Source of the DNA: a virus
Taxonomy: Duplodnaviria > Heunggongvirae > Uroviricota > Caudoviricetes
Strand: one strand, 5' to 3'
Length of the DNA: 20,713 bases
Virus record (IMG/VR): IMGVR_UViG_2537562021_000003
Location: 1 to 20,713 of that record
Part shown: piece after piece, positions 8,768 through 17,299 of the stretch
How the letters are laid out: each line of letters begins with the position of its first letter
Position numbering within the stretch: the first letter of the stretch is position 1
The notes under the pieces: generated by a model
Told to the model about the DNA's origin: nothing
Database searches by the model: none
The model's input: the letters and a program-made list of their open reading frames with translations, nothing else
Translations under genes and position numbers: made by a program

Positions 8768-9445
8768 ATGAAAATTAATAATGTAGCGTTACCAATATCT
8801 CTTGCTGTAATCCTAACTGGTTGCGTGCCACATGCTTCTAACCGAAATATCACTGCTATTGAAGTGGTGAAGCCTGCTATTGGGCAAAGTGCTACCGCCT
8901 ACATGGGCGATCCCATTATCACATCTGCTACTGGATTTAAAACGGACGTACTAGAACTTGGTGCGGCTAATGGTGCATTGTCTTCTATCGCTGCTGGTAC
9001 ATATTGCAGTGAGGGGAATGGAATTTACCGCAATTATCATAACCCTCAAGCTGTTGCGTTAAAAAATCTCTATGGGCAAATCGGTAACTATGTTGATTAT
9101 GTTAGTTACGATGCTGCAAAAAATGAGATATCACCGCCAAATGGTACTTCTTATACTGCATCAGAAATTTCTATCAAACGTGTTCCTGATGGGCTGTGTC
9201 GAGTTAGTAACTCATTGGTTAAGACTATCGAATACAATGGAAATGCAGGCGGTGTAATGAAGTTCACCTATCGTGAATTTGCAAACGATATGGCTCGTGC
9301 AGCATTTACAACAGATTTTTCTGTAGATTCTAAGGGAAGTGACGTTATCGCTTACAAAGGTGCCAAGTTCAAAGTGAACAAGGCTGATAACTCGTCTATT
9401 TCTTATACAATTATTTCTGGCTTTGACAAGGCTGTCACGTTCTAG
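8768..9445 (+). CDS. Lipoprotein of unknown function (cargo)
   Basis: MKINNVALPISLAVILTGC is a signal peptide with lipobox LTGC; AT-rich codon usage. The track's upstream start at 8714 lies inside the terminator hairpin. Confidence 0.65.
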   Translation: MKINNVALPISLAVILTGCVPHASNRNITAIEVVKPAIGQSATAYMGDPIITSATGFKTDVLELGAANGALSSIAAGTYCSEGNGIYRNYHNPQAVALKNLYGQIGNYVDYVSYDAAKNEISPPNGTSYTASEISIKRVPDGLCRVSNSLVKTIEYNGNAGGVMKFTYREFANDMARAAFTTDFSVDSKGSDVIAYKGAKFKVNKADNSSISYTIISGFDKAVTF

Positions 9446-9548
9446 GTTTCACGCTTACTGAGTATGTTACGATTTTGCACATTCTGCATAAACGCGCATG
9501 TCTATGCTGCATGAGATCGCATGATCGTTTGAGGATCTTTTGTGTTAA

Positions 9549-9574
9549 GGCCCGCCAGTTCTGGCGGGCTTTTG
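9549..9574 (+). terminator. Intrinsic terminator downstream of the lipoprotein gene
   Basis: GCCCGCCAG / CTGGCGGGC 9-bp inverted repeat followed by TTTT. Confidence 0.6.
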
Positions 9575-9618
9575 CGTAGATCATGCAGGTGCATGAAAAC
9601 CACTACATAAAGCGGGCA

Positions 9619-9637
9619 GGCGTGGCGGGGATACGAG
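9619..9637. other. cos-like packaging site (P2/186-type cohesive-end sequence)
   Basis: GGCGTGGCGGGGATACGAG: the first 13 nt match the 186 cohesive end as I recall it (GGCGTGGCGGGGAAAGCAT). GC-rich patch between accessory genes and the portal gene. Confidence 0.45.
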
Positions 9638-9864
9638 CGCGCGCCGCGGGTTGAAATAGTAAAATTCACTTAGCCTCAGGCCCGCTGATGGTTTTCTTCT
9701 GAAAGGGAGGGCGCGTTTTTGTGCAATCTTGTTTGAAGGGATTTAAATAAATGTTGAATGTGTTCCGGAGTTGGCTGTAGATTTAGTGTTCTGCCACAAG
9801 TTGCAGTGATAGGTAGCAAACCTTTAAAAGGTTCTGCTATTGTTTCATTAAAGATTTATAGTCT

Positions 9865-10464
9865 TTGTCCGAAAATGACATTAAAGTAGTCGCCTTTAAT
9901 GTCGTAAGCATGAAGGACAGAGAATTGAACTTAGAGCAGATTGCCAGTCAAAGTATAAGTAACCTTCAGTTTCTCCTCGATACTTTGAAGATGCCGTTGG
10001 CTGTTGGTCCAATCAGTGATGAAGACTATGTGATCCTGACCACAGGATACGCTCAGCTAGAATGGGATTATGGTTTTTCTCGGTTTGGCAATCGAAGTGA
10101 TAAGTTTGAATTTTGTTTGAAGCTCCTTGCGGGGCCACTTAGGCATATCCCTTCTGGCGCAGCTATGTGCACCTTTGACGAGGACGCTGGAGTCATAGAG
10201 ATCCATTTTGTGGAATCTTTTGTGAAAGATGATGACGTAGAGCACCCTCTTTACGGCAACATGTTCATGGTTACATTGTGGGCGGTATATCTTTTTGGTA
10301 GCGCGGTTGGGTGTCAAGAGATTCGGATCCCTGAAGCCCTGAATCAAAAAGTTGCTGACCACTATAAAAAATTTGGTTTTAAAGGTGATATAAGCTTGCT
10401 TTCGGCACCTTTTGCTACAATAACTGATGTAGTAAGACGCTACATTACTTCTAAGAAACAGTAG
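9865..10464 (+). CDS. Hypothetical cargo protein; C-terminus possibly GNAT-like
   Basis: 199-aa ORF from TTG 9865 (or 184 aa from ATG 9910); no strong SD for either. IRIPEALNQKVADHYKKFGF resembles GNAT motif B; no clear motif A. Confidence 0.5.
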   Translation: MSENDIKVVAFNVVSMKDRELNLEQIASQSISNLQFLLDTLKMPLAVGPISDEDYVILTTGYAQLEWDYGFSRFGNRSDKFEFCLKLLAGPLRHIPSGAAMCTFDEDAGVIEIHFVESFVKDDDVEHPLYGNMFMVTLWAVYLFGSAVGCQEIRIPEALNQKVADHYKKFGFKGDISLLSAPFATITDVVRRYITSKKQ

Positions 10465-10474
10465 ATAAATTTTT

Positions 10475-10496
10475 GCGCAGTGCTACAATGCTGCGC
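10475..10496 (+). promoter_or_regulatory. Extended -10 promoter (TGCTACAAT) inside a 6-bp-arm inverted repeat
   Basis: GCGCAG (10475..10480), TGCTACAATG, CTGCGC (10491..10496), about 50 nt upstream of the 59-aa ORF. Confidence 0.45.
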
Positions 10497-10543
10497 CAAA
10501 CATCCACCACCGGATGATGAGGCTTGACCTCTAAGAGGAAATC

Positions 10544-10723
10544 ATGACTATGACGCATAGTGACAAGAAAGCTCAGAAGCATTACTCAGTATCTGATGTT
10601 TTCAGCCGTATGGGCGTCGCGATGGAAGAACTACTTCAAGCGGCCCCACATATGATGCAGGACTGCAAATTTGAAGGAAATGAGCTGCATGGTAAGCTCA
10701 AAGAAAAGCAGAAAGCTGCTTAA
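10544..10723 (+). CDS. Small hypothetical protein (59 aa), not in the ORF track
   Basis: My own translation: MTMTHSDKKAQKHYSVSDVFSRMGVAMEELLQAAPHMMQDCKFEGNELHGKLKEKQKAA. SD AAGAGGA at 10533..10539; terminator follows. Confidence 0.5.
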   Translation: MTMTHSDKKAQKHYSVSDVFSRMGVAMEELLQAAPHMMQDCKFEGNELHGKLKEKQKAA

Positions 10724-10747
10724 TTCCATGAAATGCGTTTTGCATGA

Positions 10748-10771
10748 AGCCCGGTAATACCGGGCTTTTTT
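10748..10771 (+). terminator. Intrinsic terminator between the convergent 59-aa ORF and Q
   Basis: AGCCCGG TAATA CCGGGCT followed by TTTTTT. Confidence 0.7.
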
Positions 10772-10778
10772 ATGCTTG

Positions 10779-11816
10779 CTAGTCAGTATTAAGCTCATAT
10801 GGATTGAATCGGACTACCTCTTCACCAAGCCATTCATTTAGCTCCAGCAATCGCTTTTGTAACGGTACTATTTCGTTTCTTGTGAAGACGCGACTGGCCT
10901 TTTCCACATCCCCAAAACCGCCGGTATTGTTGGGAATGATACCCATCATTTGCGGCGGCACACGATGCGCCGCCATCATGTCGTCCCGGCTCACGTTCTT
11001 GATATTCAGGAACTCATCCTTCGCCGCCACTTCTGACAACGGGATAATCTGAAGCCCATCCTTTTTGCCGTTAGGCGAGTACATAAACAGGTTACGGAAG
11101 TTACCAGGACCTTTGGCACTTTTCATTGCGTTGCGGAGGTTGTTCACATCCTCCTGGTTCTGCGCGGCGTCGGTCATGTACATGATGAAGCCCGCATGGC
11201 TGCCGTTAATGTAATACTTCCGGCGGAACAGCGTGGCGGACTCGTTGAGCAGGGCTGACGGAATGGCAGAAAGATAACCGGGCAGGCCGTAGATCTCCTG
11301 GTTGATGTCCGGCTCCATCAGATGAAAAATGCTGCCTTTCGTGAACTGATACGGCTGGGTTGTCATACCGTATTGCACAAACCAGTAGGTATCCAGGTCT
11401 AACCCGCGTCGGGTGTATTTTGCCAGAGCAGGCTCAAGGGCTATAACTTCACCGAAGCGGTTCGTGCGTTTCTCCAGGTAGGCGTTACCAAAAACCAGAA
11501 AGTCCTGTACAAAACGCGAAAAAGCCTGCTGGCTGAGCAGCGGGTGAGGGATGTAGGTGCTGGTCAGAATGTTGCACTTCACTGCAATCGGTGAGCTATG
11601 ATGTATGGCGGCGCGGAAGGTTCGCGCCAGTCCGTCGAAACTCACAGGCAGCTCATACCAACGATCCATCTGTACGCATTCCACATAGTCCAGCAGTTCG
11701 CGGCGGTCCAGAACAGGAACGGGATCACCGAAGCTGAATGCTTCGGCTGAAGTCTGGCTTTTATGCTGGATCTGTTTCGTCGACGCAGCGCGGTTCTTCT
11801 TACTCTTTCCCATCAA
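10779..11816 (-). CDS. Q: Portal protein, P2 gpQ family
   Basis: 345 aa (P2 Q is about the same size), directly followed on the same strand by the terminase ORF. Confidence 0.8.
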   Translation of the reverse strand: MMGKSKKNRAASTKQIQHKSQTSAEAFSFGDPVPVLDRRELLDYVECVQMDRWYELPVSFDGLARTFRAAIHHSSPIAVKCNILTSTYIPHPLLSQQAFSRFVQDFLVFGNAYLEKRTNRFGEVIALEPALAKYTRRGLDLDTYWFVQYGMTTQPYQFTKGSIFHLMEPDINQEIYGLPGYLSAIPSALLNESATLFRRKYYINGSHAGFIMYMTDAAQNQEDVNNLRNAMKSAKGPGNFRNLFMYSPNGKKDGLQIIPLSEVAAKDEFLNIKNVSRDDMMAAHRVPPQMMGIIPNNTGGFGDVEKASRVFTRNEIVPLQKRLLELNEWLGEEVVRFNPYELNTD

Positions 11817-13000
11817 AAAATCTCCACAATATTGCTGGTATTGGCGGACTCGCCCTGCAGCGGTTCGTTAAACAGTGCGTGCATTGTTGCCCAGGCCAGA
11901 TCGGCATGGCTGGCTTCTTCGCTGCGGCTGGCTTCATAGGTCGGGCGGTTGCCACTGGCAGTGGTAGCGCGACGGATTGCCATAAATGACTGCGCAATGT
12001 CGGTGTGCCCGGCGTCAAACTCCAGGCGGCGGTGGCTGATAATGTCGTAGGCCTTGAGTACCAGGGCGTTTTTAACGTTGGGGTTGTAGACAAACTCCCG
12101 GACGGCAGGAAAAAACGCTTTCACGTTCTCGTAAACCCCGTGACCGACGCCGGTCGAGTCGATGCCGATATAGGTCACGTTATACTGTTCGGTCAGTTTT
12201 TTGATGGCGTCAGCCTGGGCGCGAAAGTCCATTCCGCGCCACTGGTGACGCTCAAGAATGCGGAACTTGCCGCCCGGCACGGCTGGCGGAGCCACCACCA
12301 CGCATCCGGCGCTGTCACCGTTTTGCGTACCTTTTGCCGGGTCATAACCGATCCACACTTCGCGCCAGCCAAACGGGCGCAGCGCCAGTGCATGAAAGTC
12401 GGTCCAGACTTCCCAGCTGTCCACCATGCACGCCTGCAGCTCGCTGAGCGGGAACACGGACGCGAGATCGTCCACGAACTCACACATCAGCAGGTTCTGG
12501 TATTCGTCCGGGCTGTACTCCATGCGCAACTGGTCAAGGTCGAACAGGTTACAGCCGCCGCGCACCGCATCTTCCACAGTGACTATCTGGCGGTACTGCC
12601 CGTCTGCGCACAGCAGGCCGGGGGCCAGATTGCTGTGGGACAGGTCGATGTCCACCTTATCGGCTTTGTTGCGCCCTCGGTTGAACAGCGCACCGGACCA
12701 GAACGGATAAGCACTGTGTGTCAGGCTGGATGGCGTGGAAAAATAGGTTTGTCGCCATTTTTTGTGAATAGCCATACCGGAAGCCACTTTGCGCAGCTCC
12801 TGGAATTTCGGTATCCAGAAATATTCATCCAGATACAGGTTGCCGTGGTAACTCTGGGCCGTGCGGGCATTGGTGCCGAGGAAGTACAGCGTGGCCCCGT
12901 TAGGAAGCACCATCGGATCGCCTTTCAGCTCCACCTCCACTTCTTTGGCGAAGTCGATGATGTACTGCTTAAAGACGTGGGCCTGAGCCTTGCTGGCGGA
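11813..13000 (-). pseudogene. P: Terminase large subunit (gpP) remnant lacking its N-terminal part
   Basis: About 395 codons of protein-like reading frame with a Walker-B-like LYLDEYFWI but no Walker A; a full gpP (about 590 aa) would have to start near 13585, which is occupied by FII/E coding sequence. Confidence 0.7.
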
Positions 13001-13256
13001 AAGGAAAATCTGGTTACGCCCGGTTACCGGAGAAGTGCAGGCCGTGGAGCTTGTGGTGCGTGGACGTCACAAAGAAGTGGATTCCGGCGAGTGGAAGACG
13101 GGCGAAAGCAACACCACCAAAGTGACCAGTACCAACAGCTACGCGAAGCTGACCATCAATGGTGAGGTGCTCTATGAAGTGGACCTTATCAACATGGTGG
13201 AAATTGTGGACGGTGTGGACCTGATGGAAGCGCACCGCAACGCCCTCGGCCTCTGA
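12987..13256 (+). pseudogene. Tail tube (gpFII) C-terminal fragment
   Basis: ...TGEVQAVELVVRGRHKEVDSGEWKTGE...INGEVLYEVDLINMVEIVDGVDLMEAHRNALGL resembles the FII C-terminus; in-frame stop at 12984..12986 and no N-terminal half. Confidence 0.55.
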
Positions 13257-13310
13257 TATATCTGAACGGCGCGGGATACCGCGCCAGAACCCAATTTACA
13301 GGACAGCAAA

Positions 13311-13613
13311 ATGAACGATAAGCAGACTGAAAAGACCATTCAACTGGATACCCCCATCAAGCGCGGTAAAACAGAAATCACCGAAATTGTGCTGCGTAAA
13401 CCGCAGTCCGGTGCGCTGCGCGGTACACGCCTGCAGGCCATTATGGATATGGATGTAAACGCGATGATGACCGTGATCCCCCGCATCTCCAGTCCGGCAC
13501 TGACTGCACAGGAAATTGCAGAGATGGACTCGGCAGATCTCACTGCCATGTCGGTTGAGGTTGTCACTTTTTTGTTGAAGAAGTCGGTGCTTGCAGGTTT
13601 ACCGACAGCCTGA
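13311..13613 (+). CDS. E: Tail assembly chaperone gpE
   Basis: 100 aa directly upstream of the tape measure gene; heptamer T_TTT_TTG at 13568..13574 near its 3' end. Confidence 0.8.
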   Translation: MNDKQTEKTIQLDTPIKRGKTEITEIVLRKPQSGALRGTRLQAIMDMDVNAMMTVIPRISSPALTAQEIAEMDSADLTAMSVEVVTFLLKKSVLAGLPTA

Positions 13614-13747
13614 CGGTTGATGATCTGGTGGCAGATATCGCCACCATTTTTCACTGGCCGCCATCCGTTACTGACGTTATGCCGCTGACCGAAGTGCTGG
13701 AATGGCGGTATAAAGCGATTCAGAGAAGCGGGGCCAACGATGAGTGA
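13311..13747 (+). CDS. gpE+E' product of a -1 programmed frameshift
   Basis: After the slip at 13568..13574 the -1 frame stays open to TGA at 13745..13747 (...MPLTEVLEWRYKAIQRSGANDE), overlapping the T start. Confidence 0.6.
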
Positions 13748-16700
13748 TAATAACCTGCGCCTTCAGGTCATTCTTAATGCGGTTGACAAACTCACCCGCC
13801 CATTCCGTGCTGCACAGGCCAGTTCGAAAGAGCTGGCTGGCGCAATTCAGAATACCCGAAACAGCCTCAAAGAACTGAATAAGCAGGCTGGCAGAATTGA
13901 TGAATTTCGCAAGACGCGCTCGCAACTAGCCATAACAGCCAACAACCTGAACGCAGCCCGCGAAGAGGCGGCAAAACTCGCCACACAATTTGCTGCCACT
14001 AACAGGCCAACCGCCGCGCAGGCAAAGTTATTCAGTCAGGCCAAAACACGAGTGCAGGAACTTCAGCAGACCTATAACGGCTTGTTGGGGGCGGTCCAGA
14101 GACAACGTCAGGCACTTAAAGAATCAGGGATTGATACCAGACAACTCAGTAGTGCCCAGCGAGAACTTAAGAAAAATGCTGAAGAAACAAGGCAGGCACT
14201 GGAGGGCCAGCAAAAAGCACTTAAACGTCTGGGTGAACAACAGGCACGGATGAACGCTGCCAGAGAACAATACTCAAGACGGCTTGAAGTGCGCGATCGC
14301 ATCGCAGGAGCCGGAGCCACTACCACGGCTGCAGGGCTGGCAATGGGTGCGCCAGTGATGGCGGCAGTAAAAAGCTATACCAGCATGGAAGATGCCATGA
14401 AAGGTGTGGCAAAGCAGGTCAATGGTCTGCGTGACGATAATGGCAACCGCACTGCACGTTTTTATGAAATGCAGGATGCCATCAAGGCTGCCAGCGAACA
14501 GTTGCCGATGGAAAACGGTGCGGTGGACTTCGCTGCACTGGTTGAAGGTGGTGCGCGCATGAACGTCGCAAACCCTGACGACAGCTGGGAAGACCAGAAA
14601 CGTGACCTGCTGGCCTTCGCCAGTACGGCAGCAAAGGCGGCAACAGCCTTTGAGCTGCCAGCGGATGAACTGTCAGAAAGTCTGGGGAAAATCGCCCAGC
14701 TCTACAAAATACCTACCCGCAATATTGAACAGCTCGGCGATGCGCTGAACTATCTGGATGATAACGCCATGTCGAAAGGGGCGGACATCATTGATGTGAT
14801 GCAACGTCTGGGCGGTGTGGCTGACCGTCTGGATTATCGTAAAGCGGCGGCACTGGGTTCCACCTTTCTGACACTGGGCGCTGCGCCGGAGGTTGCAGCC
14901 AGTGCAGCAAACGCGATGGTGCGTGAATTGTCCATTGCCACCATGCAAAGCAAGAGTTTCTTTGAAGGGATGAATCTGCTGAAACTCAATCCTGAAGTGA
15001 TTGAAAAGCAGATGACGAAGGATGCGATGGGAACTATCCAGCGTGTGCTGGAGAAGGTGAACGCACTGCCGCAGGACAAGCGTCTGTCTGCCATGACCAT
15101 GTTGTTTGGTAAAGAGTTTGGTGATGACGCGGCGAAACTGGCAAACAACCTGCCGGAACTGCAGCGCCAGCTAAAACTGACAGCGGGCAATGATGCGCTC
15201 GGTTCCATGCAGAAAGAATCCGACATCAACAAAGACTCACTTTCTGCTCAGTGGTTGCTGGTCAAAACCGGAGCGCAGAACACCTTCAGCAGCCTGGGCG
15301 AAACGCTGCGCCAGCCGCTGATGGATATTCTGTACACGGTGAAAAGCATCATGGGGGCGTTGCGCCGCTGGGTGGAAGCTAACCCGGAACTGACAGGCAC
15401 ACTGATGAAAGTAGCGGCTGTTGTGGCTGCGGTTACCGTAGGCCTCGGCACCTTAGCGGTGACGCTGGCTGCAGTGCTGGGGCCGCTGGCAGTCATCCGT
15501 CTGGGATTCTCTGTGCTGGGTATCAAAACGTTACCTTCCGTTACGGCAGCAGTAACACGAACCAGCAGCGCGTTGTCCTGGTTAGCTGGCGCTCCACTGG
15601 CACTGCTGCGACGCGGGCTTGCTTCATCGGGCAACGCAGCGGGTTTACTTACTGCGCCGTTGTCGTCTTTGCGCCGTACGGCATCACTGACGGGAAATGT
15701 CCTGAAAACTGTAGCAGGTGCGCCGGTTGCACTTTTGCGGTCTGGATTATCCGGTTTACGTGCTGTTGCTGTGATGTTTATGAATCCTCTGGCGGTACTG
15801 CGCGGTGGACTGGTCGCCGCAGGCACGGTGCTGCGAGTACTGGCATCTGGTCCACTGGCGATGCTGCGCGTTGCCCTGTATGCCGTATCTGGTCTGTTAG
15901 GTACTCTGCTCAGTCCGATAGGTCTTGTGGTTACTGCACTGGCAGGCGTGGCGCTGGTTGTCTGGAAATACTGGCAACCCATCACCGCATTTCTCGCTGG
16001 TGTGGTGGAAGGATTCAAAGCGGCGGCAGGTCCCATCAGTGCAGCATTCGAACCACTTAAGCCTGTGTTTCAGTGGATTGGCGACAAAGTGCAGGCGTTG
16101 TGGGGCTGGTTTACTGATCTGCTGACGCCCGTTAAGTCGACCTCTGCCGAACTGCAGAGCGCAGCGGCAATGGGGCGACGATTTGGGGAGGCACTGGCGG
16201 AAGGGCTGAATATGGTCATGCATCCGCTGGACTCCCTGAAATCCGGCGTTTCCTGGTTGCTGGAGAAACTCGGCATTGTCAGTAAAGAGGCTGCAAAGGC
16301 GAAACTGCCGGAAAGCGTGACGCGTCAGCAACCTGCGACGGTGAATGCAGACGGTAAAGTGATGATGCCATCGGGTGGTTTTCCGTCATGGGGATATGGC
16401 TTTGCGGGGATGTATGACAGCGGCGGCTATATCCCGCGCGGGCAGTTCGGCATTGTCGGTGAAAACGGGCCGGAAATTGTCAACGGTCCGGCAAACGTGA
16501 CCAGCCGGAGAAATACCGCTGCACTGGCTGCGGTTGTCGCCGGAATGATGGGAGTTGCTGCCGCGCCAGCAGAGCTTCCACCGTTGCATCCTTTGGCGCT
16601 TCCCGCGAAAGGCGGTGAAGCGATGGTGAGTCGCGTAGCTGCTGTGCCGCCCGTTCACCGGATTGAGGCACCGACGCAGATCATCATCCAGACGCAGCCA

Positions 16701-16817
16701 GGACAAAGTGCGCAGGATATTGCGCGGGAGGTGGCACGCCAGCTTGATGAACGTGAACGCAGGCTGAAGGCAAAAGCCAGGAGTAACTACAGCGATCAGG
16801 GGGGATACGACGCATGA
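13740..16817 (+). CDS. T: Tail tape measure protein gpT
   Basis: 1025 aa, helical N-terminus, Ala/Gly/Leu-rich middle, at the T position after E/E'. Confidence 0.85.
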   Translation: MSDNNLRLQVILNAVDKLTRPFRAAQASSKELAGAIQNTRNSLKELNKQAGRIDEFRKTRSQLAITANNLNAAREEAAKLATQFAATNRPTAAQAKLFSQAKTRVQELQQTYNGLLGAVQRQRQALKESGIDTRQLSSAQRELKKNAEETRQALEGQQKALKRLGEQQARMNAAREQYSRRLEVRDRIAGAGATTTAAGLAMGAPVMAAVKSYTSMEDAMKGVAKQVNGLRDDNGNRTARFYEMQDAIKAASEQLPMENGAVDFAALVEGGARMNVANPDDSWEDQKRDLLAFASTAAKAATAFELPADELSESLGKIAQLYKIPTRNIEQLGDALNYLDDNAMSKGADIIDVMQRLGGVADRLDYRKAAALGSTFLTLGAAPEVAASAANAMVRELSIATMQSKSFFEGMNLLKLNPEVIEKQMTKDAMGTIQRVLEKVNALPQDKRLSAMTMLFGKEFGDDAAKLANNLPELQRQLKLTAGNDALGSMQKESDINKDSLSAQWLLVKTGAQNTFSSLGETLRQPLMDILYTVKSIMGALRRWVEANPELTGTLMKVAAVVAAVTVGLGTLAVTLAAVLGPLAVIRLGFSVLGIKTLPSVTAAVTRTSSALSWLAGAPLALLRRGLASSGNAAGLLTAPLSSLRRTASLTGNVLKTVAGAPVALLRSGLSGLRAVAVMFMNPLAVLRGGLVAAGTVLRVLASGPLAMLRVALYAVSGLLGTLLSPIGLVVTALAGVALVVWKYWQPITAFLAGVVEGFKAAAGPISAAFEPLKPVFQWIGDKVQALWGWFTDLLTPVKSTSAELQSAAAMGRRFGEALAEGLNMVMHPLDSLKSGVSWLLEKLGIVSKEAAKAKLPESVTRQQPATVNADGKVMMPSGGFPSWGYGFAGMYDSGGYIPRGQFGIVGENGPEIVNGPANVTSRRNTAALAAVVAGMMGVAAAPAELPPLHPLALPAKGGEAMVSRVAAVPPVHRIEAPTQIIIQTQPGQSAQDIAREVARQLDERERRLKAKARSNYSDQGGYDA

Positions 16818-17299
16818 TGATGGTGCTGGGATTGTACGTGTTTATGCTGCGCACCGTTCCGTATCAGGAACTGCAGTATCAACGCAGCTGGCGACATGCG
16901 GCAAACAGCCGGGTAAACCGTCGTCCGTCCACGCAGTTTCTGGGACCGGACAACGACATGCTGACGCTTTCCGGTGTTCTTATGCCGGAGATAACGGGCG
17001 GCAGGCTGTCGTTGCTGGCTCTGGAGCAGATGGCAGAACAGGGAAAAGCATGGCCCCTGATTGAAGGCAGCGGCACGATTTACGGCATGTATGTGATTGA
17101 GGGACTGAATCAGACTAAAACGGAGTTCTTCCGCGACGGTATGCCGCGCAGGATTGAGTTCACCCTGTCGCTAAAACGCGTGGATGAATCCCTGCCCGAT
17201 ATGTTCGGTGATCTCAGTGCGCAACTGAATAATCTGCAGGGAACGGCAACATCTGCCTTAAGCGATATCAGTAAAACGGTGGGAGGGCTGCTGTCGTGA
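16814..17299 (+). CDS. U: Tail protein gpU
   Basis: 161 aa, start overlaps the T stop; P2 order T-U-D. Confidence 0.75.
   Translation: MMMVLGLYVFMLRTVPYQELQYQRSWRHAANSRVNRRPSTQFLGPDNDMLTLSGVLMPEITGGRLSLLALEQMAEQGKAWPLIEGSGTIYGMYVIEGLNQTKTEFFRDGMPRRIEFTLSLKRVDESLPDMFGDLSAQLNNLQGTATSALSDISKTVGGLLS

Noticed and set aside
9583-9660. Short ORF starting ATGCAGGTGCATG in the GC-rich island
   Set aside because: About 24 codons, no RBS; better explained as part of the cos-like region.
12005-13165. 386-aa + strand ORF
   Set aside because: Antisense to the GC-rich terminase remnant, low-complexity Ala/Arg/Gly/Val-rich translation, no RBS; the minus strand and the FII fragment explain the region.
15248-16331. 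Minus-strand ORFs of 262 aa and 144 aa inside the tape measure gene
   Set aside because: Antisense frames kept open by high GC; proline/arginine/serine-rich translations, not protein-like.
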